A stretch of DNA of 64,000 nt, from the NCBI GenBank assembly GCA_027485695.1, contig JAIXQO010000004.1, positions 194,408 to 258,407 of the forward strand. The letters run 5' to 3'. Every line of letters starts with the position of its first letter. The first letter of the stretch is position 1. Shown here piece after piece: positions 1 through 10,002 of the stretch. Made by a program: the position numbers and the translations under genes. Under the pieces are notes generated by a model. The model saw only the letters and a list, made by a program, of their open reading frames with translations, did not search any database and was not told where the DNA came from. This DNA is from Pseudomonadota bacterium. Lineage in GTDB: Bacteria; Bdellovibrionota; UBA1018.

Positions 1-1889
1 TCCGGGAACCACCAATAGGACGCCGTGATTTGCTTAAAGATCGACAGGAAATCGCCGACATCCCCGGCCGGCACTTCGGCGCGAAGATTCATCTCGTCTT
101 TCTTGCCGAAAACGATGTTACCTCCCACCGTGTAGGCGGTCCCGCCTTTCAGGCATTTGAGGTCGCGGAACTCGACTTTGTCTTCGGCATCGAGGTAGGA
201 GATCCGACCTTTGAAATCACCGAAACTCAAATGAATGAATTCGAAACCCGCTAGATCGCTGTCGAAATCCATCACCACGTTCTCGGCCGGGCCATGAACG
301 TGTACAGAGAGTTCGCCCCTGCCGGATGCTTTCTGTCCGATGAATTCCGAAACTTCTTTGAAATCGATATCACCTTCGCCACGAATGTCGAACCCGGGTT
401 TTTTGCCAATTCGGATCTCGCCTTTGGCCTCGAGCGCCGACTCGCGGATGAAGACAGACATCTGAGGGAATAGGACTTTGTCCGGAGTGACTGCAACCTT
501 GCCTTTGAGGTGCAGATCGGGAATGACGAAGATCTTGGTGAGCTTACGGGGTACGCCGTATTTCTGGTTGTCGAGCGTCAGTGCATCCATCGTCAGGTCG
601 ACGTCCCCGTCCAAGCGAAATGGACGCTCATCCGAAGGGAACTCGACTTTGAGGTTCGCGTCTCCAGTCAATCGACCATCTAGCGAGTAGAGAACGTCGA
701 GAACCGGAGAAGACAGCCAATTCACGTGAGCGCTACGGAGTTTGACGGGAATAGAAACCGGTGCCGAACTTCCGAGCTTCGTGCTAAATGAACCGATCTC
801 GATATCGCCGCCCTTACCGGATTGATCGGGACCTTTTTTCTCTCGTGGAGTCGTCGACAAGAGCGCGTGCTCTACATGGATGTCTTTGGTACGGGCGTTG
901 TAATCGCCCTCGATCTTGCCACTATCGATTTCAATGTCGCCGTATTGGAAATCCTCGGTACGGAGGGCGCCACGTGCTCGTAAGGTCTTTTCCCATTGAT
1001 CGAGGTCGGCGTTGACGGTCCCTTCGAACGCGACCGTACCCGACAACTCATCATCGTTCTCATTGCGCTTAACGAGCGTCTCGAGATTGCTCGTGCCTTT
1101 CATTTTGGCGTCGAGTTTCAAACCGGTTCCGGAGAGTATCTCGCCTTCCAAACGCCCATTAAGATCCAGCTCAGTAGCGCCTCGACGCAAATTAAACCTC
1201 TCTAAGTAGAGGCCATCTTTTTCGAGGCGGACTTTGAGGCTCAAACTCTCGAGATCGAGCGGGAGCGGGAAATTGACTTTGAGATCCGTACGCAGATTCA
1301 GCAGCTCAAGCGCCAAAGTATAGAAGCTGTGATTTTTATCGGCAACTTGTGACAAAGCGCCTTCTTTGGCCAAGAAGGAGATTTTGGACTTCCGAGCCGG
1401 AAGATCCAAAACGACTTCGGTATTTTCCAAGGTGATCTGTTCCGCGCGAACTTGAAACAATTGCTCCCAAGAGATGCGAAGCCTAGACGGAGGCGGCGTA
1501 TTCTTCAGTTTTTCTTTGCTCTCTTCGATCGAAGTTTCGACGCGTCCGTTGACGACACGAACCTCATGAATACTCACTCGCCCGGATAGCACCTGCATGG
1601 GCCTGAATCTGAGCAACAGCTGCTCGGCTGCGACGAGCGTACCTACCGGAAGTTTCGCCGGGTTTACCCCCGTGACTGAAACAAGTGGACGCGCGATGGC
1701 AACGCCGGGAGGAAAAAACTGCACTTGAAAGTGACTAAAGCCACCTTCCATCCCGAAATTGCCGGGAATCGTGCGTGAGACAATCCCCTGCGCACGGCTG
1801 GCGAACCACTCACTCTGAATGAATGCGATCGTCGAGAAGATCGCTCCACCGACGATTAAGATGAAGAGGATAAGAGGATTCGTTCGCAT
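1..1889 (-). CDS. AsmA-family (AsmA/TamB-like) envelope assembly protein, N-terminal part; gene runs off the window start
   Basis: Hand translation of the reverse strand from the ATG at 1889..1887 is open to position 1 (>620 aa, no stop). The N-terminus is a hydrophobic anchor (MRTNPLILFILIVGGAIFSTIAF). It is followed by a long beta-rich repetitive region typical of the AsmA family. The gene is missing from the ORF track because no stop lies within the window. Confidence 0.5.
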   Translation of the reverse strand, partial: MRTNPLILFILIVGGAIFSTIAFIQSEWFASRAQGIVSRTIPGNFGMEGGFSHFQVQFFPPGVAIARPLVSVTGVNPAKLPVGTLVAAEQLLLRFRPMQVLSGRVSIHEVRVVNGRVETSIEESKEKLKNTPPPSRLRISWEQLFQVRAEQITLENTEVVLDLPARKSKISFLAKEGALSQVADKNHSFYTLALELLNLRTDLKVNFPLPLDLESLSLKVRLEKDGLYLERFNLRRGATELDLNGRLEGEILSGTGLKLDAKMKGTSNLETLVKRNENDDELSGTVAFEGTVNADLDQWEKTLRARGALRTEDFQYGDIEIDSGKIEGDYNARTKDIHVEHALLSTTPREKKGPDQSGKGGDIEIGSFSTKLGSSAPVSIPVKLRSAHVNWLSSPVLDVLYSLDGRLTGDANLKVEFPSDERPFRLDGDVDLTMDALTLDNQKYGVPRKLTKIFVIPDLHLKGKVAVTPDKVLFPQMSVFIRESALEAKGEIRIGKKPGFDIRGEGDIDFKEVSEFIGQKASGRGELSVHVHGPAENVVMDFDSDLAGFEFIHLSFGDFKGRISYLDAEDKVEFRDLKCLKGGTAYTVGGNIVFGKKDEMNLRAEVPAGDVGDFLSIFKQITASYWWFP

Positions 1890-2725
1890 TGTTTCTTGCG
1901 TTCAACCGTATCACGATACTGTTCGTCAATCTGCGCAACCGCTTGATACCAGTAGATCGCGTCTTTCCAATTCTCCAGTTTTTCGTATGCGCGAGCCATC
2001 AAGTAGACCCAGTCAATTTTCGCGGCGACCTCAATATCTGGGTTCTCGATCATGGGATCCAGTTCAAGCAGCGCTTGAAAAGGCTTCCCCCCCAAAATCA
2101 GGCTAAACGCTTTGAGGCCACGCGCCTGCGTCTGCAAATCCGAATCGTACTCCGCTTTTTCAAACTCCAAAACCGCATAGTCATAAAGGTGCATCTGCAT
2201 CAGCGCAACACCGAGATCGAGACGATCGCGAGCGTGGCAGCCATGTGATACGTGAGCGAGGAAGGTTTGAAATGCCGATTCCGCGTCGGCATCCGGAAAC
2301 GGCGAATCATCGTGATCCTCCACTTCGAGGTGGAGATCGTCGACGAGTTCATGGAGCACCTGAAGCGGTTCTCGAGTGTCTCGATCGGACTTCTTGCGCC
2401 TAAAGAAACTTGTGCCTTCTTCGTGTAGTAGTTTCTGAATCTCGATTTCTTGAACTTCTTCTAGCAATCGAGGGGCTTGTGCGTTTGCGGGATCGTTGAT
2501 GAGGACCTTACGAAGGAGTTTTTTTGCGTCGTCGTAAAGACCTTCGGAGAGAAGGATCTTAGAATTAGAGATCCAGTCCGAGACCGACTCTTTGGCCGGC
2601 ATCTCGATATCCGCGGTCTTCTCACTATCGGACGCACCCGGGCTCAACGTGGTCTTCGTTTTAAGAAGATCGTCTCCAAGGTCAACCGTCGTCTGATCGA
2701 GAATGAGCGTTTTATCGGAAGACAT
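1856..2725 (-). CDS. TPR-like repeat protein with an acidic region, hypothetical
   Basis: 289-aa ORF with helical repeat content (LLRKVLINDPANAQAPRLL, YWYQAVAQIDEQY). Its 3' end overlaps the AsmA-like start by ~34 nt. Confidence 0.4.
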   Translation of the reverse strand: MSSDKTLILDQTTVDLGDDLLKTKTTLSPGASDSEKTADIEMPAKESVSDWISNSKILLSEGLYDDAKKLLRKVLINDPANAQAPRLLEEVQEIEIQKLLHEEGTSFFRRKKSDRDTREPLQVLHELVDDLHLEVEDHDDSPFPDADAESAFQTFLAHVSHGCHARDRLDLGVALMQMHLYDYAVLEFEKAEYDSDLQTQARGLKAFSLILGGKPFQALLELDPMIENPDIEVAAKIDWVYLMARAYEKLENWKDAIYWYQAVAQIDEQYRDTVERKKQCERILLSSSS

Positions 2726-2748
2726 GGATCACTCCAATCTTCCTGATT

Positions 2749-4110
2749 TTACTCGTATTTCGGTAGAAACTCTTCCAGAAAATGGGTGTCGTAATCTGCC
2801 GCGACGAATTTCGGATCCTGCATGACTTTGCGATGGAAGGCGATGTTCGTTTTGATTCCGTCGACCACGTATTCGTCAAGCGCCTGCCGCATTTTGCGGA
2901 TTGCCGCCTCGCGGGTCGGCGCATGCACGATGAGTTTTCCGATCATAGAATCGTAGAACGGCACCACACGATAATGATCGTAAACGAACGTATCGTTTCT
3001 CACTCCAAATCCGCCCGGAAGATGGAACCCGGTGATGAGACCGGGAGACGGCGTGAAGCGTTCGGAGTCTTCGGCATTAATCCGACACTCGATCGCATGC
3101 GATTCGATTTTGACGTCCGACTGCTCATATTGGCAAGGGAACCCAGCGGCTACGCGAATCTGCTCCTGGAGGAGATCGATTCCGGTGACCATTTCAGTGA
3201 CGGGATGCTCGACCTGAATCCGCGTGTTCATCTCCATGAAGTAGAATTTGCCGTCTTCATCGAGCAAGAACTCGACGGTTCCGACGTTTTCGTAGTTCAC
3301 GGCATCGCAAAGGCGGATCGCCGCCGAACCCATCGCTTCACGGATTTCCGGCGTGACCATCGGAGATGGACACTCTTCGATGAGTTTTTGGTGACGACGC
3401 TGAATCGTGCAATCGCGCTCACCTAAGAAAATGCGTTTACCGTATTTGTCGCAGAGAACCTGGATCTCGACGTGCCGAGGTCGCTCACAAAACTTCTCGA
3501 TGAACATCGAGCCATCGCCGAATGCGGCTTGGGCCTCATTGCACATACGTTCAAACGATTTTTTGAGCTGATCGGGCTGATAGACAACGTGAATGCCTCG
3601 TCCACCGCCACCGGCGGCTGCCTTGACGATGATCGGATAGCCGATTTTTTTGCCTTCTTCGAGCGCTGCTTCTACGCTTGGAACCGCGGCGAGCGTTCCC
3701 GGCAGCATCGGCACTCCGGCGCCTCGCGCGATGTTGCGCGCACGCGTCTTGTCGCCCATCGCGTAGATATTTTCGGGCGACGGTCCGATGAACGAGATAT
3801 TGCATTCGCGACAAAGTCGCGCGAACTCAAAGTTCTCCGAGAGAAACCCGTACCCCGGATGGATCGCTTCTGCACCCGTGATGTCGGCCGCGGTCAGGAT
3901 CGCTCCCATATTCAGATAACTCTGCTTGGACGGGGGCGGACCGATACAAACCGCTTCGTCGGCGAGTTTGACGTGCAGGGATTTTTCGTCGGCGGTGGAG
4001 TACACAGCCACCGTGGAAATACCTAGTTCGCGGCACGCGCGGATCACGCGTAGCGCGATCTCACCCCGGTTTGCGATCAGGACTTTTTTGAACAGGCGTG
4101 GTTCGCTCAT
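2749..4110 (-). CDS. accC: acetyl-CoA carboxylase biotin carboxylase subunit
   Basis: 453 aa with the N-terminus MSEPRLFKKVLIANRGEIALRVIRAC, the glycine-rich ATP-grasp loop and the full biotin carboxylase length and motifs. Confidence 0.95.
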   Translation of the reverse strand: MSEPRLFKKVLIANRGEIALRVIRACRELGISTVAVYSTADEKSLHVKLADEAVCIGPPPSKQSYLNMGAILTAADITGAEAIHPGYGFLSENFEFARLCRECNISFIGPSPENIYAMGDKTRARNIARGAGVPMLPGTLAAVPSVEAALEEGKKIGYPIIVKAAAGGGGRGIHVVYQPDQLKKSFERMCNEAQAAFGDGSMFIEKFCERPRHVEIQVLCDKYGKRIFLGERDCTIQRRHQKLIEECPSPMVTPEIREAMGSAAIRLCDAVNYENVGTVEFLLDEDGKFYFMEMNTRIQVEHPVTEMVTGIDLLQEQIRVAAGFPCQYEQSDVKIESHAIECRINAEDSERFTPSPGLITGFHLPGGFGVRNDTFVYDHYRVVPFYDSMIGKLIVHAPTREAAIRKMRQALDEYVVDGIKTNIAFHRKVMQDPKFVAADYDTHFLEEFLPKYE

Positions 4111-4129
4111 CGTTCACCCATCAGTGCAA

Positions 4130-4651
4130 TTACACCGTTGGATCGATGAGAAAAAGCGGTTCGCCGAACTCGACCGGCTGGCCGTTCTCGACCAAGATCG
4201 AGACGATCTTGCCGCTGATTTCGCTTTCGATCTCGTTCATGAGCTTCATCGCCTCGACAATGCAAAGGGTGTCGCCTTTTTTCACACGACCACCTTCTTG
4301 AACGTAGGATTCGGCTTCTGGACTCGGCGAACGATAGAAAGTTCCGACGAACGGCGAAGTGATCTTCTTCAGGCGATCCATCGATTCGGATGGAACTTCG
4401 GGCTCTTTCTTGGAGCCAGTGGCTGATGCCAAGGACAGCCCTGCAGAAGAACTGACCGCTGCATAACTGGCTGGCACACCGCCTAATTGGCGGGCAACCC
4501 GAAAACGTGAGCCCTTCGATTCGATTTCGATCTCAGATAAGCCGTGCTTTTCTAGCGCTGCAATCAATTCCTCGATCGGCGCCATGAAAGCAGAAGACTT
4601 CGGTTTCGATTCCGACTTCTTGGCCTGCTTACTTATTAACTTTTTCGACAT
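4130..4651 (-). CDS. accB: biotin carboxyl carrier protein of acetyl-CoA carboxylase
   Basis: C-terminal biotinyl domain with the [10 protein letters not shown] biotinylation motif and an Ala/Pro/Ser-rich linker. It lies immediately upstream of accC. The true start may be the internal Met (MAPIEEL), since the annotated start overlaps the efp stop by 23 nt. Confidence 0.9.
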   Translation of the reverse strand: MSKKLISKQAKKSESKPKSSAFMAPIEELIAALEKHGLSEIEIESKGSRFRVARQLGGVPASYAAVSSSAGLSLASATGSKKEPEVPSESMDRLKKITSPFVGTFYRSPSPEAESYVQEGGRVKKGDTLCIVEAMKLMNEIESEISGKIVSILVENGQPVEFGEPLFLIDPTV

Positions 4652-5197
4652 AGGCGTAGTCCCGCGTATCTACCTTGATCACATCGCCTTCTTTAATATG
4701 GAAAGGCACCTGAACCACTGCACCTGGTTCAAGCTTGGCTGGCTTCGTGCCGCCGGTGACGGTATCGCCTTTGAAGGCAGGATCGGTCTCGATCACTTTG
4801 AGTTGAACGAACGTCGGCAGTTCGATGCCGATCGGACGCTCGTTGTAGTACATCACTTGGATGATGAGGTTTTCTTGAAGGAAGTCTTTTCCGTCGCCGA
4901 GGAGCTCGGCCGAAAGAGCGACCTGGTCATAGTCCGCTTGATTCATGAAGTGATAACCTTCGGCATCACGGTACATGTAGGACATTTCTTTTTGTTCCGT
5001 GTTCGCGGCGTCGACTTTGTCACCAGAGGTGATCGTCTTTTCGGTCACGTTCCCGTTCAGCATGTTTTTCAGCTTAGTGCGGGTGAAAGCGCGGCCTTTG
5101 CCAGGACTGACGTGCTGGAAATCCACGATTTCATATGGAACTTTTTCAATTTCAACCTTCAGTCCCTTGCGGAACTGGTTCGTAGCGTACTGTGACA
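4629..5197 (-). CDS. efp: translation elongation factor P
   Basis: The track ORF is 4629..5237, but the canonical EF-P N-terminus [16 protein letters not shown] starts at the ATG at 5197. The protein is ~189 aa and carries the KPGKG loop (SPGKGRAF). Confidence 0.9.
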
Positions 5198-5350
5198 TAG
5201 GGATATAGAGGTAACACGGAGGGCGAAGGGCCGGCAACGGAGAAGCTGAGAGACCTTATGGAGACTCAATCCCCTTTGATAACAATAGGATAGACCTAAA
5301 ATACGGCGATCTGGTGCAAATTTACGCGGTTTCTAGGCTTATATATAGAG

Positions 5351-5379
5351 AGAGGCTTTGAGGGGACCCCTGAGCCTCT
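5351..5379 (-). terminator. GC-rich hairpin (agaggcttt-gagggg-a-cccctg-agcctct) overlapping the stop of the TPR gene; possible terminator of the pilMNOPQ-TPR transcript
   Basis: Nested inverted repeat read directly from the sequence. The downstream tract on the minus strand is only weakly T-rich (ctctctatatata). Confidence 0.3.
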
Positions 5380-5989
5380 AACGTTCGAGGCCCGCGCGGT
5401 ATCGCTCGAGTACGACGAGCGCCGATTGCAGGACTTCGACTTGTTTGAATTTCTTCTGCTTGATCACACGCTCGTCGCTATCAATCGCATCACGAGCTGA
5501 TTTGATGGAATGAACCACCTTCTGAGGTGCGGGGTCAGTTCGCAGCACCATCGCACCTTGATCGTAAGCTTGGATCTCCAGCTCTCGCACCATGCGCTCG
5601 GCATCTTTGTCCAAGTTATTGAAATACAGGAGCATCTTATATGCTCCGAGCGCCTCGAGCGTACGTCCGAGCATCAGCGCACTCTCTGCAAACAATCTCT
5701 GCGCAACCAAGTTGTCAGGCGCTTCGCGTACGACATCGCCCAGTTCAGTCATGACTTCATCAAATTCTTTTTGATCAAAGAGCGCGCGGGCAAGCGCCAC
5801 TCGTCCGCCGATGAAATTGGGATGAACTCGAAGTCCTTCGCGGGCGATCTCAATCGCCTCTTGTATCATGCCGGCACGCCGGTAGGCCTCGGCCAGGGGA
5901 GCAAACACACGCGACTTTGGATCTTCCTGATATTTCTTCAGGTAATCGAAAAGGATCGGCGAAAACGAACCTGGCTTCTGCGTGCTCAA
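5378..5989 (-). CDS. TPR-repeat protein encoded directly downstream of pilQ (4-nt gap); possible pilus-biogenesis accessory factor
   Basis: 203 aa of all-helical TPR-like repeats (AEAYRRAGMIQEAIEIAREGLRVHPNF..., ALGAYKMLLYFNNLDKD). It has no signal peptide, so it differs from classical PilF/PilW lipoproteins. Confidence 0.5.
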   Translation of the reverse strand: MSTQKPGSFSPILFDYLKKYQEDPKSRVFAPLAEAYRRAGMIQEAIEIAREGLRVHPNFIGGRVALARALFDQKEFDEVMTELGDVVREAPDNLVAQRLFAESALMLGRTLEALGAYKMLLYFNNLDKDAERMVRELEIQAYDQGAMVLRTDPAPQKVVHSIKSARDAIDSDERVIKQKKFKQVEVLQSALVVLERYRAGLER

Positions 5990-5993
5990 ACCC

Positions 5994-7919
5994 TTAAGCT
6001 CCCTCTCGCTCCTCGTTGATCACACGTGGAGTGATGAATATAAACAACTCGTTTCGATCGATCGTCTTGGATTCTGAACCGAAAAGAATTCCGATCAAAG
6101 GAAGTTTTCTCAAGAACGGGAAACCGCTCTCACCCGTCGACTCCGAATTGCTGTAAACACCACCAATCACGAGAGTTCCACCACTCTCCGTGACCACACG
6201 CGTGTTGATCGACCGGTTGGCGATACCGCTGTTGGTCGCATCCAGCTGCTTCGGAACGTCGCTCTGAACCTGAAGGTCCATGATGATGTTGCCGTCGTTC
6301 GTGACCGTCGGGGTAACGCCCAAACGCAAGTTCGCGCTCGCCACCGTCTGACCGATACCGACCGCACCAGTCGTCGCATTGGTGACGGACGTCGGAACGA
6401 GGACCGGCTGACCTTGAACGATGTTCGCAGCTTGTTTATTCAAGACCACGACTCGAGGCGAAGAAATCACCTTGAGCTTACCCTCGACTTCGTTCATCGA
6501 CAGAATCGAATTGAGGCGAACGTTCATAAAACGCCCTAAACGCATACCAAGACCGAGCGTATTCGCTGGGTTGGTTGGGTTGGCGGTTGCAGCCGAGTTA
6601 GCCGAAACTGGGTTCGACAACAATGGATCTTGAAAACTACCGTCTCGAGCAATTCCATAACCGTAGAGCCGATTGTTGTCAGCCACGGAACCAAATCCCA
6701 ACTGACCGCTCATCGACTTCTGGAAGTTTTCAGATGCTTCTACGATCTTGGATTCAATTTGGACCTGCGGAGTTGGGCGATCCAAGAGCTCAATGATCTT
6801 AGCCATGCGGTCCAAGTTATCTTGGATATCCTGAATGATGATCGAGTTCGTGCGATCGTCGACTAGAATCGTGTCGCGAGTCGCGCTCGCGTCACCAGAA
6901 CCGGCTGCCCCGGCGCCGAAACGCTGAAGTACAGGAACCAATCGAGCCGGCTCCGCGTAGCTGATCGGGAAAATTCGAGTGACGCGTGGAGCGCTTGCTT
7001 GCGCAGCAGTCTTCGCCTGCAACTGCTGGGTTTTTTCCTGAGTAAGCGTCTGAAGCGTCGCAATCCGGAGAATGTTTCCGTTTCGCTCGGCACCCAAACG
7101 AAGCGTCGTCAGAACGATATCGAGAACCTGATCCCAAGGCACATCCGTGAGACTGAGATTCACCCGACCGGTGACCTCGCTACCAATAACCATGTTGAAA
7201 CCTGAGGTATCGCCAATCAAACGAAACACGTCGACGACGTCTGCGTCTTTGAAGTTCACTGTAATCCGACGCCCGACGTACTTTTTGTCTTTAATCGAGG
7301 CTTCGACCTGCGCAAGCGCGTCTTTTGGCGGCTCGTTCGGAATCTCAGGAGTGGAGGTCTCCGCATCCGATGCTTGAGTAGCAAGCGAATCCGAGGAATT
7401 TCCGGCCGACGCTTGAGACGCCTCGTTCGCAGAAGAATCTTTGGCCGCTTCCGGGTTATCTACCGGCGCCTGACCTGCGGCAGCTTCGGCTTCAGAGATC
7501 ATAGCGAGATCGGCCGGTCCACCGATGGCCAAGAGTGCTTGCTTTCCATTCGCCTCAAGATTCGCTTCTACCGCTTTGCGGAGCTGCACGATCACGCGAA
7601 CCGACTGTCCGTCTTTGCTCTCGTATGGACTGACTAAGATCACGTTACCCTTGAAGCTCGACGTATCGATCGCTCGACCAACATTCCGATTCGCAAGTTT
7701 GGCGTCCTTGATTTCTAGAACAATCTGCTGGTCGCCCGTATTTTCGGTCTTCTCGATTTGCATCGCACCATCAGCGATCACGCGAATCTGCTGCGGCGAA
7801 GACTTGCCGAGAAACTCGATTTTTTGAATTTTGACCGCGGCAAACGATTCACTGGAAATCAACGCAGCAAACAAAAATACTGCATGCTTAGTTCTTGAGA
7901 TCGCATCGAGTTTCATCAC
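5994..7919 (-). CDS. pilQ: type IV pilus secretin PilQ
   Basis: 641 aa with a signal peptide and an N-terminal AMIN-like domain. A Ser/Ala/Glu-rich linker and N0/N1-like domains follow. The C-terminal secretin domain has the diagnostic VIGGVYSNSESTGESGFPFLRKLPLIGILFG motif. Confidence 0.9.
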   Translation of the reverse strand: MMKLDAISRTKHAVFLFAALISSESFAAVKIQKIEFLGKSSPQQIRVIADGAMQIEKTENTGDQQIVLEIKDAKLANRNVGRAIDTSSFKGNVILVSPYESKDGQSVRVIVQLRKAVEANLEANGKQALLAIGGPADLAMISEAEAAAGQAPVDNPEAAKDSSANEASQASAGNSSDSLATQASDAETSTPEIPNEPPKDALAQVEASIKDKKYVGRRITVNFKDADVVDVFRLIGDTSGFNMVIGSEVTGRVNLSLTDVPWDQVLDIVLTTLRLGAERNGNILRIATLQTLTQEKTQQLQAKTAAQASAPRVTRIFPISYAEPARLVPVLQRFGAGAAGSGDASATRDTILVDDRTNSIIIQDIQDNLDRMAKIIELLDRPTPQVQIESKIVEASENFQKSMSGQLGFGSVADNNRLYGYGIARDGSFQDPLLSNPVSANSAATANPTNPANTLGLGMRLGRFMNVRLNSILSMNEVEGKLKVISSPRVVVLNKQAANIVQGQPVLVPTSVTNATTGAVGIGQTVASANLRLGVTPTVTNDGNIIMDLQVQSDVPKQLDATNSGIANRSINTRVVTESGGTLVIGGVYSNSESTGESGFPFLRKLPLIGILFGSESKTIDRNELFIFITPRVINEEREGA

Positions 7920-7949
7920 GGGTCACTCCTTGACCGGACTAGCCAGTTT

Positions 7950-8687
7950 CTATTTTTTCCCGCCGGGGCCGGCATCTGCCGCCATCGACATCTCGGTTTC
8001 GATCAATTCCTCTTCGCCGAGCGCGTTCACGAGCTTCTCTTTGACTACGAGAGATTTGGTCGTGATCTTAGCAATGATACCATTCTTATTTCCGATCTTC
8101 ATCTTCTCGGACACGAAGTGTGTTTTACCATCCGGCGCCAAAATCATGGCGCGCATCCGCTTGGGACCGGTCATCACGCCGGTCAGCTTGAACTCGTTCA
8201 CGGCATACTTTTCCAAATCCGTGAGCTGCTCGTTCGAGCTCTTCTGCGTTTCTGGCTGCTTGAACGGATCACGAAATTTCAGAAAATCCTGAATCCCTGC
8301 CCGAGCTTCTTCGTTGGTCTTCTTAATTTCGGATTTGACGGTGATGTTTTGGCCGGACTGAGAAAGATCAGGAGCTGATGCTCCTGCAGGAGTACCAGGC
8401 CCGGCACCGGATACTGCGCCTCCGGGAGGTAGAGAGCCTGCCGCAGACTGACCCGCTGCTGCAGCGGGACCTTGAGCGGGAGGAGCTTGCACTGGAGAAT
8501 GAGGAGCAGACGTCTGAGCTTGTGCAGGAGGAGCGGCTACCGGCGGAGCCGCCGCCGCTGGTTGCGCGGGAACTTGAGCCGCTTGTTGGGGAGGATTTGC
8601 GCCAGGAGCGGGTGGTTGGGCGAACGCCCGAAACAAACCAGCACCAATCCCCAAAGTTAATATCATCGCAGACGCCGCACGGTTCAT
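7950..8687 (-). CDS. pilP: pilus assembly protein PilP with a long Pro/Ala/Gln-rich low-complexity N-terminal region
   Basis: N-terminal signal anchor, then ~100 aa of PAPGANPPQQAAQVPAQPAAAAPPVAAPPAQAQ repeats, then a PilP-like beta domain (RDPFKQP...LTGVMTGPKRMRAMILAPDGKTHFV). It sits between pilO and pilQ. Confidence 0.7.
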   Translation of the reverse strand: MNRAASAMILTLGIGAGLFRAFAQPPAPGANPPQQAAQVPAQPAAAAPPVAAPPAQAQTSAPHSPVQAPPAQGPAAAAGQSAAGSLPPGGAVSGAGPGTPAGASAPDLSQSGQNITVKSEIKKTNEEARAGIQDFLKFRDPFKQPETQKSSNEQLTDLEKYAVNEFKLTGVMTGPKRMRAMILAPDGKTHFVSEKMKIGNKNGIIAKITTKSLVVKEKLVNALGEEELIETEMSMAADAGPGGKK

Positions 8688-9319
8688 GGTGCAGCTCCGG
8701 CAGCTGCTGTCGGAGCGCCTGCTTTTGGTTTTTCTTTTCCAGCCTCATCTTCGATCGTCGGCTGATACATAAACGTTTTCAGTAATAACGTGCCGTCGAT
8801 TTCGACGAATTTTTGCCCGGCCGGTTGACCGGCTCTCGAGCGTAGTTGAACGCTATCCACCCGCACAATGCGGTCTGCTTGAGCGATCCGCTCCAAGAAA
8901 GCGACGATCTGAACGAACATTCCACTGAACGCGATCTGAAGGGGAATTTCTTCGTAAAAGTTTTGTTTTACTCGAGCTCCGGGAGCGACAGAGTTCAACG
9001 TCAGGCTTAACTTCTTGGATTCTTCGAACAAGAATTTCGAGAAACCCGGCATATCGCTGTTTTCGGACAACGTCTGCTTCATCTGCGACAGCTGCTCGAC
9101 GAGCGTTCTCAGTTCTGCTTTTTTGGTCTCCAGACGCGCGATGAACTGCTTGCCCTCTTCGGCTTTCTTCTTCTTGGACTCGATCTCCTCTTGTTTCACA
9201 CGAATCTCTTCTTGCTTCACCAATAGTTCAGAAGCCGGATCATTGTAAAACGAGTAGTAGTCGTACCCGAGATAGCCCGCGCCGACGATAAAAAGTAAGA
9301 AGAGGTAAGAACGATTCAT
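8684..9319 (-). CDS. pilO: pilus assembly protein PilO
   Basis: 211 aa with an N-terminal TM, a coiled coil and a PilO-like C-terminal domain. Its position in the pilMNOPQ order supports the call. Confidence 0.75.
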   Translation of the reverse strand: MNRSYLFLLFIVGAGYLGYDYYSFYNDPASELLVKQEEIRVKQEEIESKKKKAEEGKQFIARLETKKAELRTLVEQLSQMKQTLSENSDMPGFSKFLFEESKKLSLTLNSVAPGARVKQNFYEEIPLQIAFSGMFVQIVAFLERIAQADRIVRVDSVQLRSRAGQPAGQKFVEIDGTLLLKTFMYQPTIEDEAGKEKPKAGAPTAAAGAAP

Positions 9320-10002
9320 CGCTTCTTCGCCTCCAAGTCGAACGTTGTAACGTCGACTCCTTTGTCTTTGGTCGTGCGCATTCCCATCATGTTGACGTCC
9401 TTGAAATAGATCGTCTCTTCAAGCGCGTTTTGGAAGTCCGAAACGACGCTCGCGCCGATTGCGGAGCCGGACATTTTGATGACTCCGTCCTGCCAAGTAA
9501 AACCACTGATCCAAACATCCTTGGGAGTCGCCTGTGAAAGGGCAATCAACATCTTCGAAACCACCGGGCGCTCTTCTAGAAGTTTTTGAACGACCGACAT
9601 TTTGGTCTTCACGGACTTCTCGTCCGCTTCGATGCTCTTTCGAAGCGTCTCGTAACCGGCGGTCTTGGCGATTTCGGAGTCGAGCAACGACATTTCGTTT
9701 GCTAACCGTTCGATCTCACTGTTGACGACACCTAGCTCTTCTAGTTTCCGCTCCTCGATCAAATAGTAGCCCATCCCAAAAACCGCCATACCCAGAATCA
9801 ACGACACCACCAGGTTGCGGGTAGCTTCTTTGCCTCGGAGTTGTGCGCCCTTGGTCGATTTGTAAGCGGGAGAATCTTGTGGGAGGAATCGATCTAATTT
9901 TGTTTTCCGTAAGAAATCATGCCACTGAGCCTTAAGCCCGCCGCCCTCTTCGAGACCGATACCTGCCGATCGTTTTTTCTGGGCAAGGTTAATCTTGATC
10001 AT
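9316..10002 (-). CDS. pilN: pilus assembly protein PilN
   Basis: 228 aa with a short cytoplasmic N-terminus, one TM (LVVSLILGMAVFGMGYYLI), a coiled coil and a periplasmic domain. It overlaps pilM and pilO by 4 nt each. Confidence 0.7.
   Translation of the reverse strand: MIKINLAQKKRSAGIGLEEGGGLKAQWHDFLRKTKLDRFLPQDSPAYKSTKGAQLRGKEATRNLVVSLILGMAVFGMGYYLIEERKLEELGVVNSEIERLANEMSLLDSEIAKTAGYETLRKSIEADEKSVKTKMSVVQKLLEERPVVSKMLIALSQATPKDVWISGFTWQDGVIKMSGSAIGASVVSDFQNALEETIYFKDVNMMGMRTTKDKGVDVTTFDLEAKKR

Noticed and set aside
2782-4026. Long antisense and alternative-frame ORFs inside accC (2782..3426 +, 3472..4026 +, 3551..3814 -)
   Set aside because: accC on the minus strand is full-length with all conserved motifs, so these are shadow ORFs of a moderate-GC coding region.
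4584-5195. 203-aa + strand ORF antisense to efp
   Set aside because: EF-P is unmistakable on the opposite strand and the antisense product has no features.
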